The notes: generated by a model from the sequence alone, not told the origin. A DNA stretch of 64,000 nucleotides from Chara braunii (GCA_003427395.1 BFEA01000018.1:1055952-1119951); one strand, 5' to 3'; positions 46,487 to 60,199 are shown, counted from the stretch's first letter. Program-made: numbers and translations.

Positions 46487-49400
46487 TTTTTTTTTTTTTT
46501 TTTTTTAACAAACAGTTCCTACAGTGCTAGTGATGATGTTCTGAGCAGACATCGCTAGCCCCTGGGGAGAGGCTCCATCTATTGGTGGGGAGCAACACCT
46601 GCTGGAAAACGGGTCCAGCGTCCCTTATGGAGTAAGATACAATATGATACATAGACGAGTAACATGATGGTGTCTGGAAGGCGCCTGCCTGCATTGATTT
46701 CTCTGGAGTCCAGAGTATTGACTGAGCAGGTGTGAGTATGACCCGACCAAAAGCAGGTGCTTCCCAATCCTTCTTCAACCCTTTGTCTGGTCAGGGTTTC
46801 GGGAGAGCCACTGGGGGGCACCACTGGGGCCTCCTTCCGTCACCCTGCCCATCCCCTAAAAAGTCCCCTTGCTTCGATACTGCCCTCTGCCGGGCGTACC
46901 CAACTGCCACCCGCCCCCATTGCGTCAGAATGGTAGTTACAAAACAGAGTAACACAAAGATTGGAAGCTTTTGCAAAATAAAGCAAAATAAAACAACAGA
47001 TTGGGTTCTGAGAATCTGTGGGTTTCATTGGGCAGGGGTTTACAAACGTATTTCCAGAGACCTTGGGTGAGGGGGGAATGGGTCTGGAAACTCCTCTGCA
47101 GGTCTCATGGGGATGCTTGAGTCTATCGACAACCACTCCTTGAATATCAGGCGGTAGTCCCTTGGGACTTCCTCTCCTTGGCGGCCATCCCTTCCCTCCT
47201 CTCCTTCCCAATCCCCTGTTCAACACACTTCTGCTACCCATCCCTCCTGGTCCCCGCCCAGCCATTCCCTAGAAAACTGTAATAACCGTTCCTGAATGTC
47301 TTTTGATCTATGAAAATTATCAAGTGATTGCTTAGTTGACTTCCACTTATGCGGGAGTTTTAGTTGGAAGTGCATTTTGAATTGCTCAACCCTCTCGTCT
47401 CTCTCTACCCGGACTTGGTTTAAAGTTAGGACACACCGCAGGACCCACAGGATCGTTCTTCGGGACAGATGGAACATGTTCGACACAAAGGTGTTGTCTT
47501 GGAAGGGTGGGCAGTGGCCCATTAGGATGGCCCGCCAATCCCACGGCCATGGATACCCCGGAACCATTTGTTGCCACACCCTGTCCCACCACCTCCAGGT
47601 CAAAATTGTTGTCGGGCATTGCAAAAATATGTGTTCAATTGTCTCTGCTCTCTTTCTAGCTGGGAAACCCAACAGGCATCGGAAGCACCAAGGGAGCGCA
47701 CGGTCTTGATGTTCCAACCGCGAGTGATCAATCAGCCAATCATTTGTAAGTAAGCACCGATGCAAGATTTGTCACTGTAAGGGTGTAATTTTCGTAGGTC
47801 TACACTTGGTGTCGCAGAACCATCGTATCGGTGTGAGAAGATGTCTCTCCACATTGCGGTGCTTCTGCCCTCTGTCGATCACCGTGGCTTTTAGGCATCG
47901 CTTAACTCTGAGCATTCTGTACATCGCTTTCATCGAGAGACCCGACAACGTCTTAGGTTTTGATTGTCGTGGGTTATGCAGTGTGTCGGGGTTCCAGACC
48001 CACTCCAACGGATCTATTGGGAGATCTTCTATGACTATCTCAGGGAGAAAGGTCCGCCGGTTGTCTCCTTCCTCGATTACCCTGATTCTGTGTAGTTCCT
48101 CTTTCGAAGTCCATTGGATGGGGTCCCGGCTCCCTTCCAGCCCTCCGTTTCCTTTTATGTTGTACCACTCGATGAACACGTCGTCCGCTCGAACTAAATG
48201 AACCAGGCCTATCTTATCGACCCTCCCTTCCTTGGACACCCAATCTCCCTCCTTCAGCACCGGACCTTTGCGAAGGATGGGCCACCACCTTTTTTTTTTT
48301 TTTTTTTTAACCGGGAGGGCCTCCGTTATTTCTTCAAGTACTGACTCAACATTGTGGCAGTATCTCAATTCCTCCCTTATCTTCTCCGGACCCTTCCTGT
48401 CCCAAAGGTCACCCACTTGGATCACACCATTCTTCACCCATCCTTTCCATGGGGCGTCAGACTTGCAAAAAATCTGACTCCGTTCGTTGGTGATCCAATG
48501 GTTTCCAAAGAGGGGTTGTCTTGCCACTTCCTCCCACCTGTTTGGGGGTGGGGTGGGCGGTTAGAGGGGGGGAACCTCCTCCAGATTTTTAACAAACGGG
48601 ACCATAAATCATCTCTCCGTCTCTCCCCTTCCCGGGGGTGCCGTGACTGAAGGGCCTCATGGGCTAGACGGACGATTTGTTCCAGTACCAACGACCTCCA
48701 TACTAATGAGTTCTCGAAAATCAATCGTACCGCCCATTGTAAACTAAGGGCTTGAGACTGAGTGAGGGGGTCTAGAATACCGAGGCCTCCTTTTGCCTTG
48801 CGTTGGATAACTGAGTCTCATGTCACCTGACTGATAGCGTGGGGGTTTTCACTATCCCCTCTCTATAGGTAAGCTGCCACCTTCCTCTTCAAAATCTTCA
48901 GGGCCCTTGGGCTCAGTGGCCAAAATACCGATTTGTACCAAAGGGTGACTAAGACTATATTGTTGATCACCAAAGCAAGTCCGAGAAATGATGTGTGCTG
49001 ATGGTTCCATTGAGAGAGTTTGGCAAACGCCGGGGCTGATATCCAACTGTCATTTTCAGGGGATTGACCTAGCACTATCATCTTCACCCCCGAAATCCGG
49101 ACTGGGGATTCAGGGGCCACCCAGGTGATGTGGTGTCCTTCCGGGGGACGACCTCCTTGGTGGTGGAACCACCATCCTGTCGTTTTTTGACCCCAGTTGA
49201 TGGCCATATCCGAGAGGGTGCAGAAAAGGTCCATCAGCCTGTATATCACCTCCATATTCTGTTATGTGGCGTCGACCATAATTGTGAGATAATCTGCGAA
49301 TAGAGAACAGACCAGAACAACTTCCTTAGGGATGCCGAGTATCTGAATTCTCTTTAAATCTTTGCTTTGTTAGAGGTTGGCTGCTAACGTTTTCATTATG

Positions 49401-52400
49401 AAAATGAATAAGAAGGGGGGAATGGGATCCTCTTGTCTAACTGAACGTTGCAGTCTTATATCTGGGGCCATAGACCCGTTTATCTGAACGCTCGTGGTTG
49501 CATTGTGGTGCAGAATACACACCCACCTCTGAAAGTTGTTGCCAAAATTCAATCTTTCTAGACACTTATCGAGGAATGTCCAGTCTACGTGGTCATAAAC
49601 TTTTTCGAAGTCGATGAAGATGAGCGCGGCGTTACTTTTGGACTGATGGGCCAAGCTAATCATCTCATTGACTATGAGTATGTTTTCTTGGATGTTCCTA
49701 TTACACATGAAATCAGTCTGGGTCGGATGAATAATGTCTTCCATTACCTCAGTCATTCAGTTGACCAACGCTTTTGACAGCGTTTTGTAAACCACCATCA
49801 GGAGTGTGATGGGTTGGTAGTTCCGGATGTTCATTTCGTCCCTTTTTTAATGAAGTAACGATAACACCCCTTGCCCTACTAGTCCCCCCAACTCTCCGGA
49901 ATCCCAACCACCCTATAGAATTCTATTAGGTCTTCACTCAGGAGAGGCCACATGACCTCTTAAAATTCATTGGGGAAGTCGTCTAAGCCTGGGGTTTTCT
50001 TTTCCTCCATTTGCATGAGTGTCGTCAAAATTTCCTCTTTGGTGACCTGGCGGTTCAAATGATCTTTCTGTATCGAGGAGAGATGACTCTCCATCGGGCG
50101 TAGGAAATCCTCCTTCTCTCTCAGTCGGTGTCCCTCCTGTTGTTGGGTGATGTGGGAGGAAAATAAGTCTTTGTAAAAGGATCTAGCGATCCTTACACAA
50201 TGAGTTGTGGTGGTAGCTAATTCGTCGGTCACAGGGTCCAAAAAGGCCTCGATAGTGGTGCGGTGTGGTCTTAGAAAAGCCAGACTGAAAAATTGAGAGT
50301 CCATGGTACCTTCGGTAGTCCATTTCACTAGTTTGCCTCAAATCCTAATTCCTTGCCATCAGTGTTGTGCTAGTTGTAGAAGCTGGTCCTGCAAATTCTG
50401 AATGTCCGAGATGTGATCATTAGAGTTGTCCTGATTAACCAGGTTGTGAAGTCTTCTGTGAACATTCATTTCATGTGCATGTCGTCTGCTTGCCAACAAC
50501 TTCGAATATTCCTTACATTTCCAGGCTAGGAACAAGAGTCCGTTGGTGAACCATCGGACTACCGCGTCGAAGAAGTGTTTCTGGTCTCTCCAAAATTCCA
50601 GACATCACGAATGTATGTGTGGAACGATTTGTCCTTGAGCAGGGATGTATTGAGCTTGTAATATCCAAGCCCTTGATCCGACCGTTTGCGGAAGGAGAAG
50701 ATGGCTCCGCATAAGCGGTGGTCTAGGCTGGGGTGGGGGCTTTGTGGGAAGATAGTAGCTAGTTGAAGGGCATTCTGAATCTCCTACAAGAGTAAGATCA
50801 AGTCAATACGTGATTTTACGTGTCTAGCCTGGTCATTGGTGCGATGTCACGTATAGGTTTTCTCTGTCGGGTGCAAGTGTCTGTACGCGTCCACCAGGCC
50901 CAGGGATTCACAAAGATCTGCCAATATTCTTTCGTCTTCTTTTACAAAGCTTGGTCAGGGGTCCCGAGAGCACCATCTATCCATCCATCTATCAGGCGCT
51001 GCGTTAAGATCACCGACAATAACCAGCGGGACTCCTTGTGGAGCGAGAGTTCTAAGGTGGGTGAAAAAATGTGCCATTTCTGTTGCTGAATTAGAGGCGT
51101 ATACGAAAAAAATGCTAATTAATTTTATCACCATCATCCCTAGGATCGATACCCACCTCCCTTGTTCCTCGTCTGCTACCCAATTTACCACCTCTAACCG
51201 GGACCCTGACGGGATCCAGATGGCCACCCTTGCCGACCCTGGTGATATTGCGTGCGCCCTCTAGGCCTGATAAGGCCAAACTGTTTCATGGCCCGTGCGC
51301 CCTCTAGGCCCGATAAGGCCAAACTGTTTTATGGCCCGGGATGGTGTTCTGGTTTATCCATTAGATGAGTTTCGTGTACGCAGATGACGTCGGGCCACGT
51401 CTTGCATCCCACACCCTTCAACTGGTCCCAGATCGCATGCCTTTTCGAGGGACTGAAGGAGGCCAATCCATTTACATTGAGGGATAATGGAGGCAACTTG
51501 AATGCTTCCAGTGCGGGTTCCTGCAGTACAATGTGTCAATGTCGTCCATTAGTATTGTCCTGTCTGCTCCCGCTCCAAATCTAGACTCTTTTCCATGGCT
51601 TGGCGGACCAGTCTATTGTACATAGCAGGCCGTTCCGGAGGACCCTCGATAAGCACGTGCATAGATCCTCCTTCATCCAATATGGGTTGGCTTTCACTTG
51701 TTGGAGGGGGAGCTCCATCAGTGCTCCGTGACCAAACCACTTCAAATTGGAGTCCTTATCCTCCTCGAAAAGAACATACAGATCTGTGGTAGCTACCCTC
51801 ATCAATCCGTCAAATTGGGGGAGAGTTGCTAGGACTCCGGCCGGGTAGTGTTGGCGCAAAAAAGGATCCGCCTTTTTTTTAAAATCGCTCTCTCTCTGGT
51901 CGGGGAGGGACCAAATGTTGTAAAAGCCCCATCCTGGCAGTGTGAACCCCCCTTGCAGTGGAGAGATCCCAATCTCCATCCTATCGTCCATATATCTCAG
52001 AGGTATGAGTCCGTATGACTGCCACCCCTTCTTTCTGCATCAGGTTTTTTTCGTTTTGGCCTGCTTCCACCATATGTCTAAGTTTTTTGTGGCGTGGTTG
52101 GTCAGAGTGGTGATCGGCTGGGACCATTGATCCGTTCTCCCCAGGATCGTCCGGGGGTGGTTGGGGCTGCACTGGGGGGTGAAACTGCTGGGCTGTAAGG
52201 TGGCGAATCTGTTGGAAGATCTCGGACCAAGTGATATGCAGGGGGGGGGCGACTTCTAGGGCTTTTCGCAGGGTCGGGCTCTTGTTTAATATGGCAAACA
52301 GTTGGGCGTAGGAGCAGTCCCAAAAGTCCTGTGCCACGTCCGGGTGCTGAGCTCGGAAACCCTCCATCAGCCAATCAGCAATAATTCTAAGTTTTTGTTC

Positions 52401-55400
52401 CGTGTCTATATCTGCCGGTGGTGCACCCGTGTCCTCCTGCTGGTTAATGTCGATCGCAGCCACGTCTGGGGGGGGGGGGGGGGGGACTGGAGGTTCCTCG
52501 ATCTCCATGGGCTGCGGGCCAAAGGCCCCTTCGAGGTAATCCTATGCGGCGGGCTCCGTCAGGGCCTCTTGCTTCTCTTTTTCAAGGATGGTTATCTATT
52601 GTTCCTTGTTTCCCCTAGATCCCATCACCTTTCCTACTATGTTCGCGGCCTCTTCCTCCCTCTCCCCTTGCAGAAACGCGGTCTGCTGGCTGCTCGCTCG
52701 ACTGTTCGTGGAAGGCTTGGCTGGCAGGTGGATCTGTGCAGCTTGCAACCCCTTTGTCGGTGCTTGGAAATGTGCTGCAGAGATTTTGAAAGGCCTTTGG
52801 AGCACCTCATCCTATTGTATATGGCTCAGAAGGCCCTGTTCCAGAATACACCTCACCTTTGTGTTGTTCTCGATGGCTCCCCTTAACTGAGCGTGTGCCT
52901 GAGGCCAGAACTCCATCGAGACCTCTGCATAAAGAGACATAGACCTGTCATGATCCAATCTGTGATTTGCAGGGTCGAGGGGTTGGGGTTCTGTACAAGT
53001 TCGAGGTCTGTCAGGTTGTCCCTCCCTTCTACACATCGATCCAGCACGTCACCATAGGGGTCCCTCATGCCCGTGTTTGACTGTTGGTGGTTGGAGGATT
53101 GCATGCCGGTCTCTTTTTCGGTTTGTTCGGTTCGTTGAGCCTGCTGTCTTTCCTGAGTCACTAATTCTCCTTCATCTGCCCCACCAGATTCCGTGGCCAG
53201 CACGACGAATCTGTTGCCTCCCACTCCCTCCTCCTTACCCTTTTCTTTGGTCCGGGGTAATGGACCACCTCGTTGCCCCTTTTGCGGAGTTTTTGGCTGC
53301 AGTTGGCTCCCCTGCTCCATCAGGTAATCCTCCGGGGACGGGCCTAGTTTCCTCCTCCCCTGGTTGACCTGATTCACCTTTCGGCCGGTCCCTGGTGGTA
53401 CGGGGGTGACCCCCTGCGGCTGTAGATGGGATTCTACCGTCTTTGGTGGTGTCCAAGTAGGTGGGGGGTTGGAATCCAAGTTGGGGTCTCCTGCTCTCTC
53501 CCACACCCACCCTATGATTTCCCCATCTTGGTCTGCCTTATCAGCGAAGACCCACCCTTCATGCCCCGGGTATACGGTGCACCAGTGTGTGCTCCTAAAG
53601 GGGTCTTGAATTAGGCGCCTTGTGGCCCTAACTTGGTTGACTGGGTGGTGGGAGCACGCAGGGTCGGTGTATAGGTGTCCATAGGCTTGACACTTGAAAC
53701 ACCAAGGGTGCAACTTGTGAGCCGTGTGTATCTTGTAGTCCTTATCCCCGACCCGGAAGGGGATTATGTCGTCAACAGAAGTGGTTGCCCCTCTGGGAGA
53801 TCGGTTGCCAACATTAGGTAGTCGTCTCTTCTTGCCACGTGAGGGGGCAGTGGATCGATAAAGTCAATGATGTCAAATTTTTCTCCGAAGTCCTGACAAC
53901 GCCGCGTGGATTTCGATTGGGATATGCCGAAACTCTACCGAGAAGTTTTCTGCCATCATTCTCTCTCTTTTCTCTTCTGGCGTTGCTGTTTCGGGGGTGC
54001 CCATGGGTAGATCTGTACTTCGGACCCGTCGCAGCGAATCGATCGCCATCCATCCATGGCCTGTTTGTCCACTTCATATCTGCAAATGACAATGACAGTG
54101 GATGTTGAAATGGGCTGGCGCAGAAAAGGTCCTGTGATTCTTCCATGTTTCCTTTGAGAGAAGCCAACCTGTTCCGTATCCATCCCACTTTGTCATTTGT
54201 AGAGTTGAAGGGGTCGTCGTCGTGGAATACCCAGTTACTGGCGTGTTTTGTGTATAAATCATTCTGTCCCTGACCTTGTCTACCGGTAAGGATTTGACCA
54301 GCGCGGATTTCCCTTTCAGGTTGATTACCTTGGGTTCAGATGGGGTCAGAAGCCTGGACAAAAAAAAAGCACCCGCAGACGATAGGCTGTCCAGGGGGAT
54401 CTTCCACTCCCGCCCTCCCCCTTCCTAAGTTTTCCTTTGCACTGTGATCGTTTGACCAGCGTGCGGTTTGTGTAAGCGAGTGGCCCAGGAAGGGGAGGGG
54501 GGGGTGTGGGTCGTGGGGAGGGGGGTGGAGGACTGGGTGTCTTCGATCCCCGTTATCTGCTGCGCAGCAGGGGTGGTCAGCCCCCCACTAGCATCTTCTA
54601 TTGCCTTCTGTTTACTTCCAACCAGACTTTTGTCCACATGCTGCCGCATGGCCCCCTGATATAACAAGGTGGAATCTAGTTTTTTGTGTGCCCTTTGATG
54701 TCCGTGCCCTGTTTTTGTGCCTTTGCTAGTTGCCATGGTCCTTTGATGCTTGTCTGTTTTCCTCGATCCTCCCCGGTGGTACTTTTGTGCTCCGACTCTG
54801 TGCTTCTCTTCTATGCCTGTGATCGGAGCGCTGTTTGCCTTGGCTGGTAGGCAAGAGATGCCCGTGGTTCGACTCTATCCTCCCGTCCCTATCGGGGAGG
54901 CCCGTGGTTTGACTTTCTCTTTTGATTCCTCCCTCCTTTGTTATTCCCCTCCCTCGTTATCCTTGTTCTTTTTTTCCCTCGTTATTCTCTCCTCCCAACA
55001 GATCCCTCTTCCGTTGGCGCTCTCCTATCTCACTAGCTCGTGCCTCTCTTCTCCACAGTCCCCCCGGTGTTATCGCCACGTGATTGCAATTCCTCAAAGT
55101 TTGCCACTGAAGGTGACCCGAGGTGTGAGAGGGAGAGTGGGACAGATGAGAGGGGATCAGGGGGGGGGAGGAAGAGAGGATAGGTCCGGCTATGCTTTGT
55201 ATGAACAAAATAACTCTGAGTGAAGGGTGAGGAAAGGTAGGGACCCAGTGGGAGAGAGGGATGGGGGGAAACAAGGGTTAGGAAAAGGCGGAAGGAAATC
55301 CCATTCGTAATACAGCTTCCTTCAGAGATCCCTTATTGCTCCCACTGTCCGTCCTTTCTTCTTGATGCGGAGTTCGTTGCGTCTCCATTCCCTTCTCCCC

Positions 55401-56919
55401 TCTTTCCTTCTCTCCTCTCTCTTCCTCTCCTCTCCTTTTATACTCTACCACTTGGTGTTCCTCTTTAGCAAGCTCCCATTCTTCGTCACAACTGTCCGTC
55501 TTTCCCTTTTGATGCGAGGTCCTTTCCTTCCCTTCTCCTCTCTCGTCCTCTCCTATCCGTCTATACTCTACCAGTTGCTTTATGTGAGCAAAAACAACGA
55601 CGTATCACGAGGGATTTGTGAAGGATAGCCCAAAAGAAGGAACCCCTCCAACTCCGGGAAGATCCCTTGAATCCCTCTTCCTTCCCTCAATCCACAATCC
55701 CCACTATCTCCGATACTATTTAGCTTGTGGCCACGATCGAGTGATGTATGTGGCACAGTGGTTGTGCCCCAGCCTACGCGTATGGAAAACCGTTTGTTCC
55801 GACCATCAATCGGTCGTTTGTTCTGTAGTATCCGTCAGCACCTCATGGAGAGGAGGTGGTGGACGGAACGGGTTGCGTCAGATTTTCCAGGTCAGAAGGG
55901 TCGAAGGCAGACAGGAATACGGGACAAAGAAAAAAAAGGGGGGGGACGGTCATGCTGCCCAGACGGGAAGAAAAGCGAATTGGGTAGGGTGGAGGCGGGA
56001 GGGGAAAAGGGTGCACGAGAAAGTAGGGTACAAGCAAAGAGGGAAGTCAATCCGCTAGAAAAACACCGGATAAAGAACTGAGCAGAATCAACAAGAAAAC
56101 AGATGAACGGGGAAAGGGCAAGCAGAGAGAATAGTGAACCAAGGAGGACATGAAGAAATGAGGATCTCAAAGAGAGGAGAGAGGAAGGAACTACAACAAG
56201 AAAGAAAAAACAAGAAAAAAGAGAAGAAATACGGACCAAGAAACTTAATTCAGAAAGCAAAGTGCGGGACAGACAAAAGAGGGGGGGAAGGGAGGGAAGA
56301 TCCACGTGGATACTGGTAAGAACGAAAAGAAGGAAAACTTAAGGGAACACACCAATCAAAACCAAAAAAGGTAACACACTTCTGGAATTTCTTTACCTCG
56401 TCTCCTTCGCCCTCTGTCCCACCACCGACTGCTCCCCTCACCGCGTCGGTGTCCCAGCGCGGGGCCCCAAGGGGACCAGGCCCGTAGTCCACGTTTCACC
56501 TGCTTGGTCTTGCACTCGGCAACCTTCGTAGTTCGAGTCCAACTCAAAAGTCAACGTTTCTCCCGCCCAGTCTCGCGCCCGCTTCCGACAACGGTGAACG
56601 CTACCCTCGTAGTCTGAAACAATTCTCCTACTACGATTCTTCACCAACCATTCGGAACCCCATCGTAAGTCTACCGTTGCACCCTTCTTCTTCCCTCACT
56701 TCCACCTCCTTCTACCACCTCCCACAGAGATGGCTACGTCGTGTCCCTTGCCTACTATAACTCGGAATGCGCACCGTCCCACACTTCGCTGCCCCTCTCA
56801 TCGCCTCACCCCTGGGTGCCGCTTCGACTGCGACGGCTGTTTCACGCCACCTCCAGCGCAGGCCTGCGCTAAGCGAGTGCTCAAACCCTAATCTTCATGT
56901 CCATAAGCGAGCAGCCGAC
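46487..56919 (-). mobile_element. LINE-D: full-length (10.4 kb) decayed L1/Tx1-type element with 16-bp TSD
   Basis: TSD GATGTTCCCATGAACG at 46471-46486 and 56920-56935, with poly(A) at 46487-46506. ORF1 (~54740-51580) has a WCFKCQAYGH knuckle. ORF2 has APE (LNVNG, PDVICVHETH), RT (KTPGLDD, IDFEKVYD, SVRQEDP) and CFRC..ETIEHIFLQC. The 5' UTR is ~2.2 kb. Confidence 0.93.
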
Positions 56920-56935
56920 GATGTTCCCATGAACG

Positions 56936-58055
56936 AAAATAGCATACCTTTGGATTTCCCCATGCGACAACACATTATTGACACCATAAGGGCAAACATC
57001 CACAAGGCTTGGGCTCATACAAAGGACTGGTTAAGCACATTGACAGATCAAACACAAAAACAGGAACACCTAGCTTCCTTCCAAGAAACTTGGCTAGGCC
57101 CACAAATGAAGCTTGGTGAAATACAAGACTCACTCCAATTCATATGAAAACCATGGTGGCATGATGAGGCCCGATGGCACAGACGACCTCTGTGGTTCTA
57201 GACCCGGTCCCTCCAAGGTCAGCTGGTTACATCTCTTCCAGTTGCCAATGACGACTCCTTCAATTTGTCAAATGAAGCCCGACCTGCAAATGCCACTACA
57301 AGAGGGCATGGTGACGCAGCATTGGCAGCCCTTCGCTAGCCTCATAACTCAGCTCCCCCCCTCCCAAACTCACTGCCCCCTTCCCCCCCCCCCCCCCCTC
57401 CCTGTCTACAACTCACTTCAACCACTTCCTGCTCACTCCCCATCCCCCGCCTCTTCCGCCATCCCCCCCCCCGCCGCCACCTCCCCCCCCACCCCCGTTA
57501 CTAGACGGGATCCCTTCTCCCCCCCCCGCCCCCCTTCCTCGAACTATGTTATCCTCTCCTCCCCGACCCCCTCTGGCTCCCCTTACCCTTCCCCTTGCAC
57601 CCCAATCACTATGTCAACAAGACGGACTGCTCTAGGTGGGGAAATTGTCATGCCCACAGTGCACCCAACTCTGCTGCTGAAGAAGTCTTGGCCAGGAAGA
57701 AAACAGAGGAATACTTCGGTATGGACTTCTCAATCATCGGGGTTCTACAACAAAGATAGCCAGTGGAGAACAGTTTGGGTACCCTCTATAATGGACAAGT
57801 AGCACATCCAGGGTTGGCTCAGACAACCACAACAAAAATCAGGCGTAGGTTGTAGCATTTCATCTGTTTCACTCCTCACAATGTAATGTGTAATAATGGA
57901 ACGCTGGACCCGGTTTCCAGCAGGTGACGGTCCCCACCAATAGATGGAGCCTTCCAACGTAGGGCCGCTAATGGAGAATGCTCTTACCACCCCTGTAAAC
58001 GTGCTCCTGTAATGAGGCTTTCTCAAAAAACAAAAAAAAACAAAAAACAAAAAGG
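56936..58055 (+). mobile_element. LINE-E right piece: ORF2 C-terminus, 3' UTR and A-rich tail
   Basis: ..HIIDTIRANIHKAW..FQETWLG.. stop at 57147, the 3' pseudoknot motif at 57898-57950 and an A-rich tail at ~58025-58052. Confidence 0.7.
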
Positions 58056-58069
58056 AAAGGAGTGGGGTG

Positions 58070-59340
58070 AAACCCATCGAGATTTGTATGGAGTCCAAAT
58101 TCACCTCGTTAAACGTGAGAGCGGGTAACTGCTCGTGCTCAACCCTCTCGATGATCCACCACAGCGTCCTTCAACCCTTCCCGATCGCAGACCAAGACAG
58201 TACGTATTGCGATGTGGACGTGCGGCGCCTGTTGTTGCGAACCGACCGGGTTCACTTCGACAACCCGTCTAAGGCTTGTCATGTAGGGGGGAGTGGGTTT
58301 GCTCTGATTGATCGGTTCTCCTCCCCTCCATTGATCTTGCCGTACACCGATTTGACGGTGCTGCCTTGGTCGGCGGCCCACGCCACGTGGCGGCCCCAGT
58401 TTAACTGTTGCTGGTGTCGGCAGGAAGACTGGTGTTCTTGGCGCAGGCTGGTTCTGGGGTACTAAGGTGCGGCCAGGTTCCCAGAACTCTCTCGCAATGC
58501 GGGCGCCCTCCTGGCGAGCTTCTAAGCCGGGGTCCCCCCGGTCTTGTCCCCATCGGACAACACTGCATCTAGTCGACCTCGCGGACTTGATGAATCCGAC
58601 TCGAAAGCCTAGATGCTCCATATCTTTGGGTTCCTGTCGAAGTGTTAGCGTGAACCTAATGTGAGAGAAGCGGCAAATTCCGCTCTTCCCTTCACCTTTT
58701 TTTGTTTTTTCGGGTTGTCAGTCGTTAGCCTAGTCGCGCACCGCTCTCAGCCCCCTTGACGGAGTGGAAATTTTGAATTATATCCCCCGTGTCGGTCCTG
58801 ATGGACCCCTAGACCTCTCTAGTACCTCCATTTTGTCCTTTACGGCGGCCTGAACTTTGGGATAGCCTCACAACGAAGCGAGAATCCCCCATTCTGTCAG
58901 GGTGATTCAACCCCTCCCAAGCCAAAAATTCTCGGCCATGCCCCCAATTACTCTGATCGACGCCTGTTGGCATGGGACGCCGCGTGGGGTGTGAGGTGCG
59001 CATCACATGTATGACTGAACCATGGTGTCGGAGATGTGGCCAGTCTCCACACCGCGATTGAATCTGTTCGCAGCCCGTCAGGGGTGCGTTTTATGCCCCT
59101 GAGAACATTTTTCGTCGTCGTTCGTATACGGTCGTTGGAAGGCTGGAAAAACAAGGCATGGTAGTTTACGGGGTGGTGGCATCTTATTTGAACTGCATGA
59201 CCGGTAGCTGCCCGTGGGACAGCACAAATTTTGATCCAGGACCGCGTAGGACTGGTAGCTGCGCATAGGAGGCCGAGGAGGCCGCAATCCTTTTTCGAAA
59301 TTGAAACGGTGCGGGTCCACTTTTCTCGAATAATAGAGTT
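58070..59340 (-). mobile_element. Highly degraded LINE RT/C-terminal remnant
   Basis: FNFEKG and SWIKI..ATGHAVQI resemble the RT DFEKA and WIK..A.VQING segments. Fragmentary. Confidence 0.35.
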
Positions 59341-59507
59341 CCTCGAATAGAAAACGCACAAGTTGTATTCGAATACAACCTGTACCCTTTCTACTCGGCT
59401 TTCGAAAAGAAAAAACTCTTGTATTCCGATAAAATTACTTCTTTTTTTTGTTGGAGGTCAATGCCTGCCCTTGTGCTCCCCGCCACTGACATGCTGCATG
59501 CTGCAGG

Positions 59508-59552
<45 letters not shown>

Positions 59553-60199
59553 AACACATATACACGCACGCACACGAGCACTCGAGCACTCTCTCTCGCT
59601 CTCTCTCTCTCTCTCCCTCTCACACACACACACACACACACACATTGAAATTAAAATTAAAAAAAAAAAAGAAAAAAAAAAAGAACTAAAAATCAAAAAG
59701 TAATTTTTCTTTTTATATATATGAATAAATTAAAGTTTAATTAATCATTTGTAAAAATATAATTAATGCAAAATTATAATAATTAATATAAATAAATAAA
59801 TAAATAAATAAATAAAAATAAAATTAAAAAATAATAAATTAAAAAATTAAAAAACAAAAAAAATATAAATAAATATATAAATATATAAATATATAAAAAA
59901 AAAATTAAAAAAAAATGAAACTCCCTTCCCTAAATAAATTAAATACGAAAACACCGTAAGGGTGTACCATATCCATATAAGCAATAATCAAAACTATCTT
60001 TCCTATACTCCCAAATACGACCCACTGGCCCCTCGCCTCGATTTCGCGACAACATACATATACTAATGCAAAAAATACCCCTAAATTTTCTACCATAAAG
60101 CAACGCCACACGATTCAGTTATGGGCCTATACAATTTTTTTCAAAAAGTAAAAAAAGCAAAAACACGTGTTCCCCTTAAACCGTGCAAATTTCAAAATT

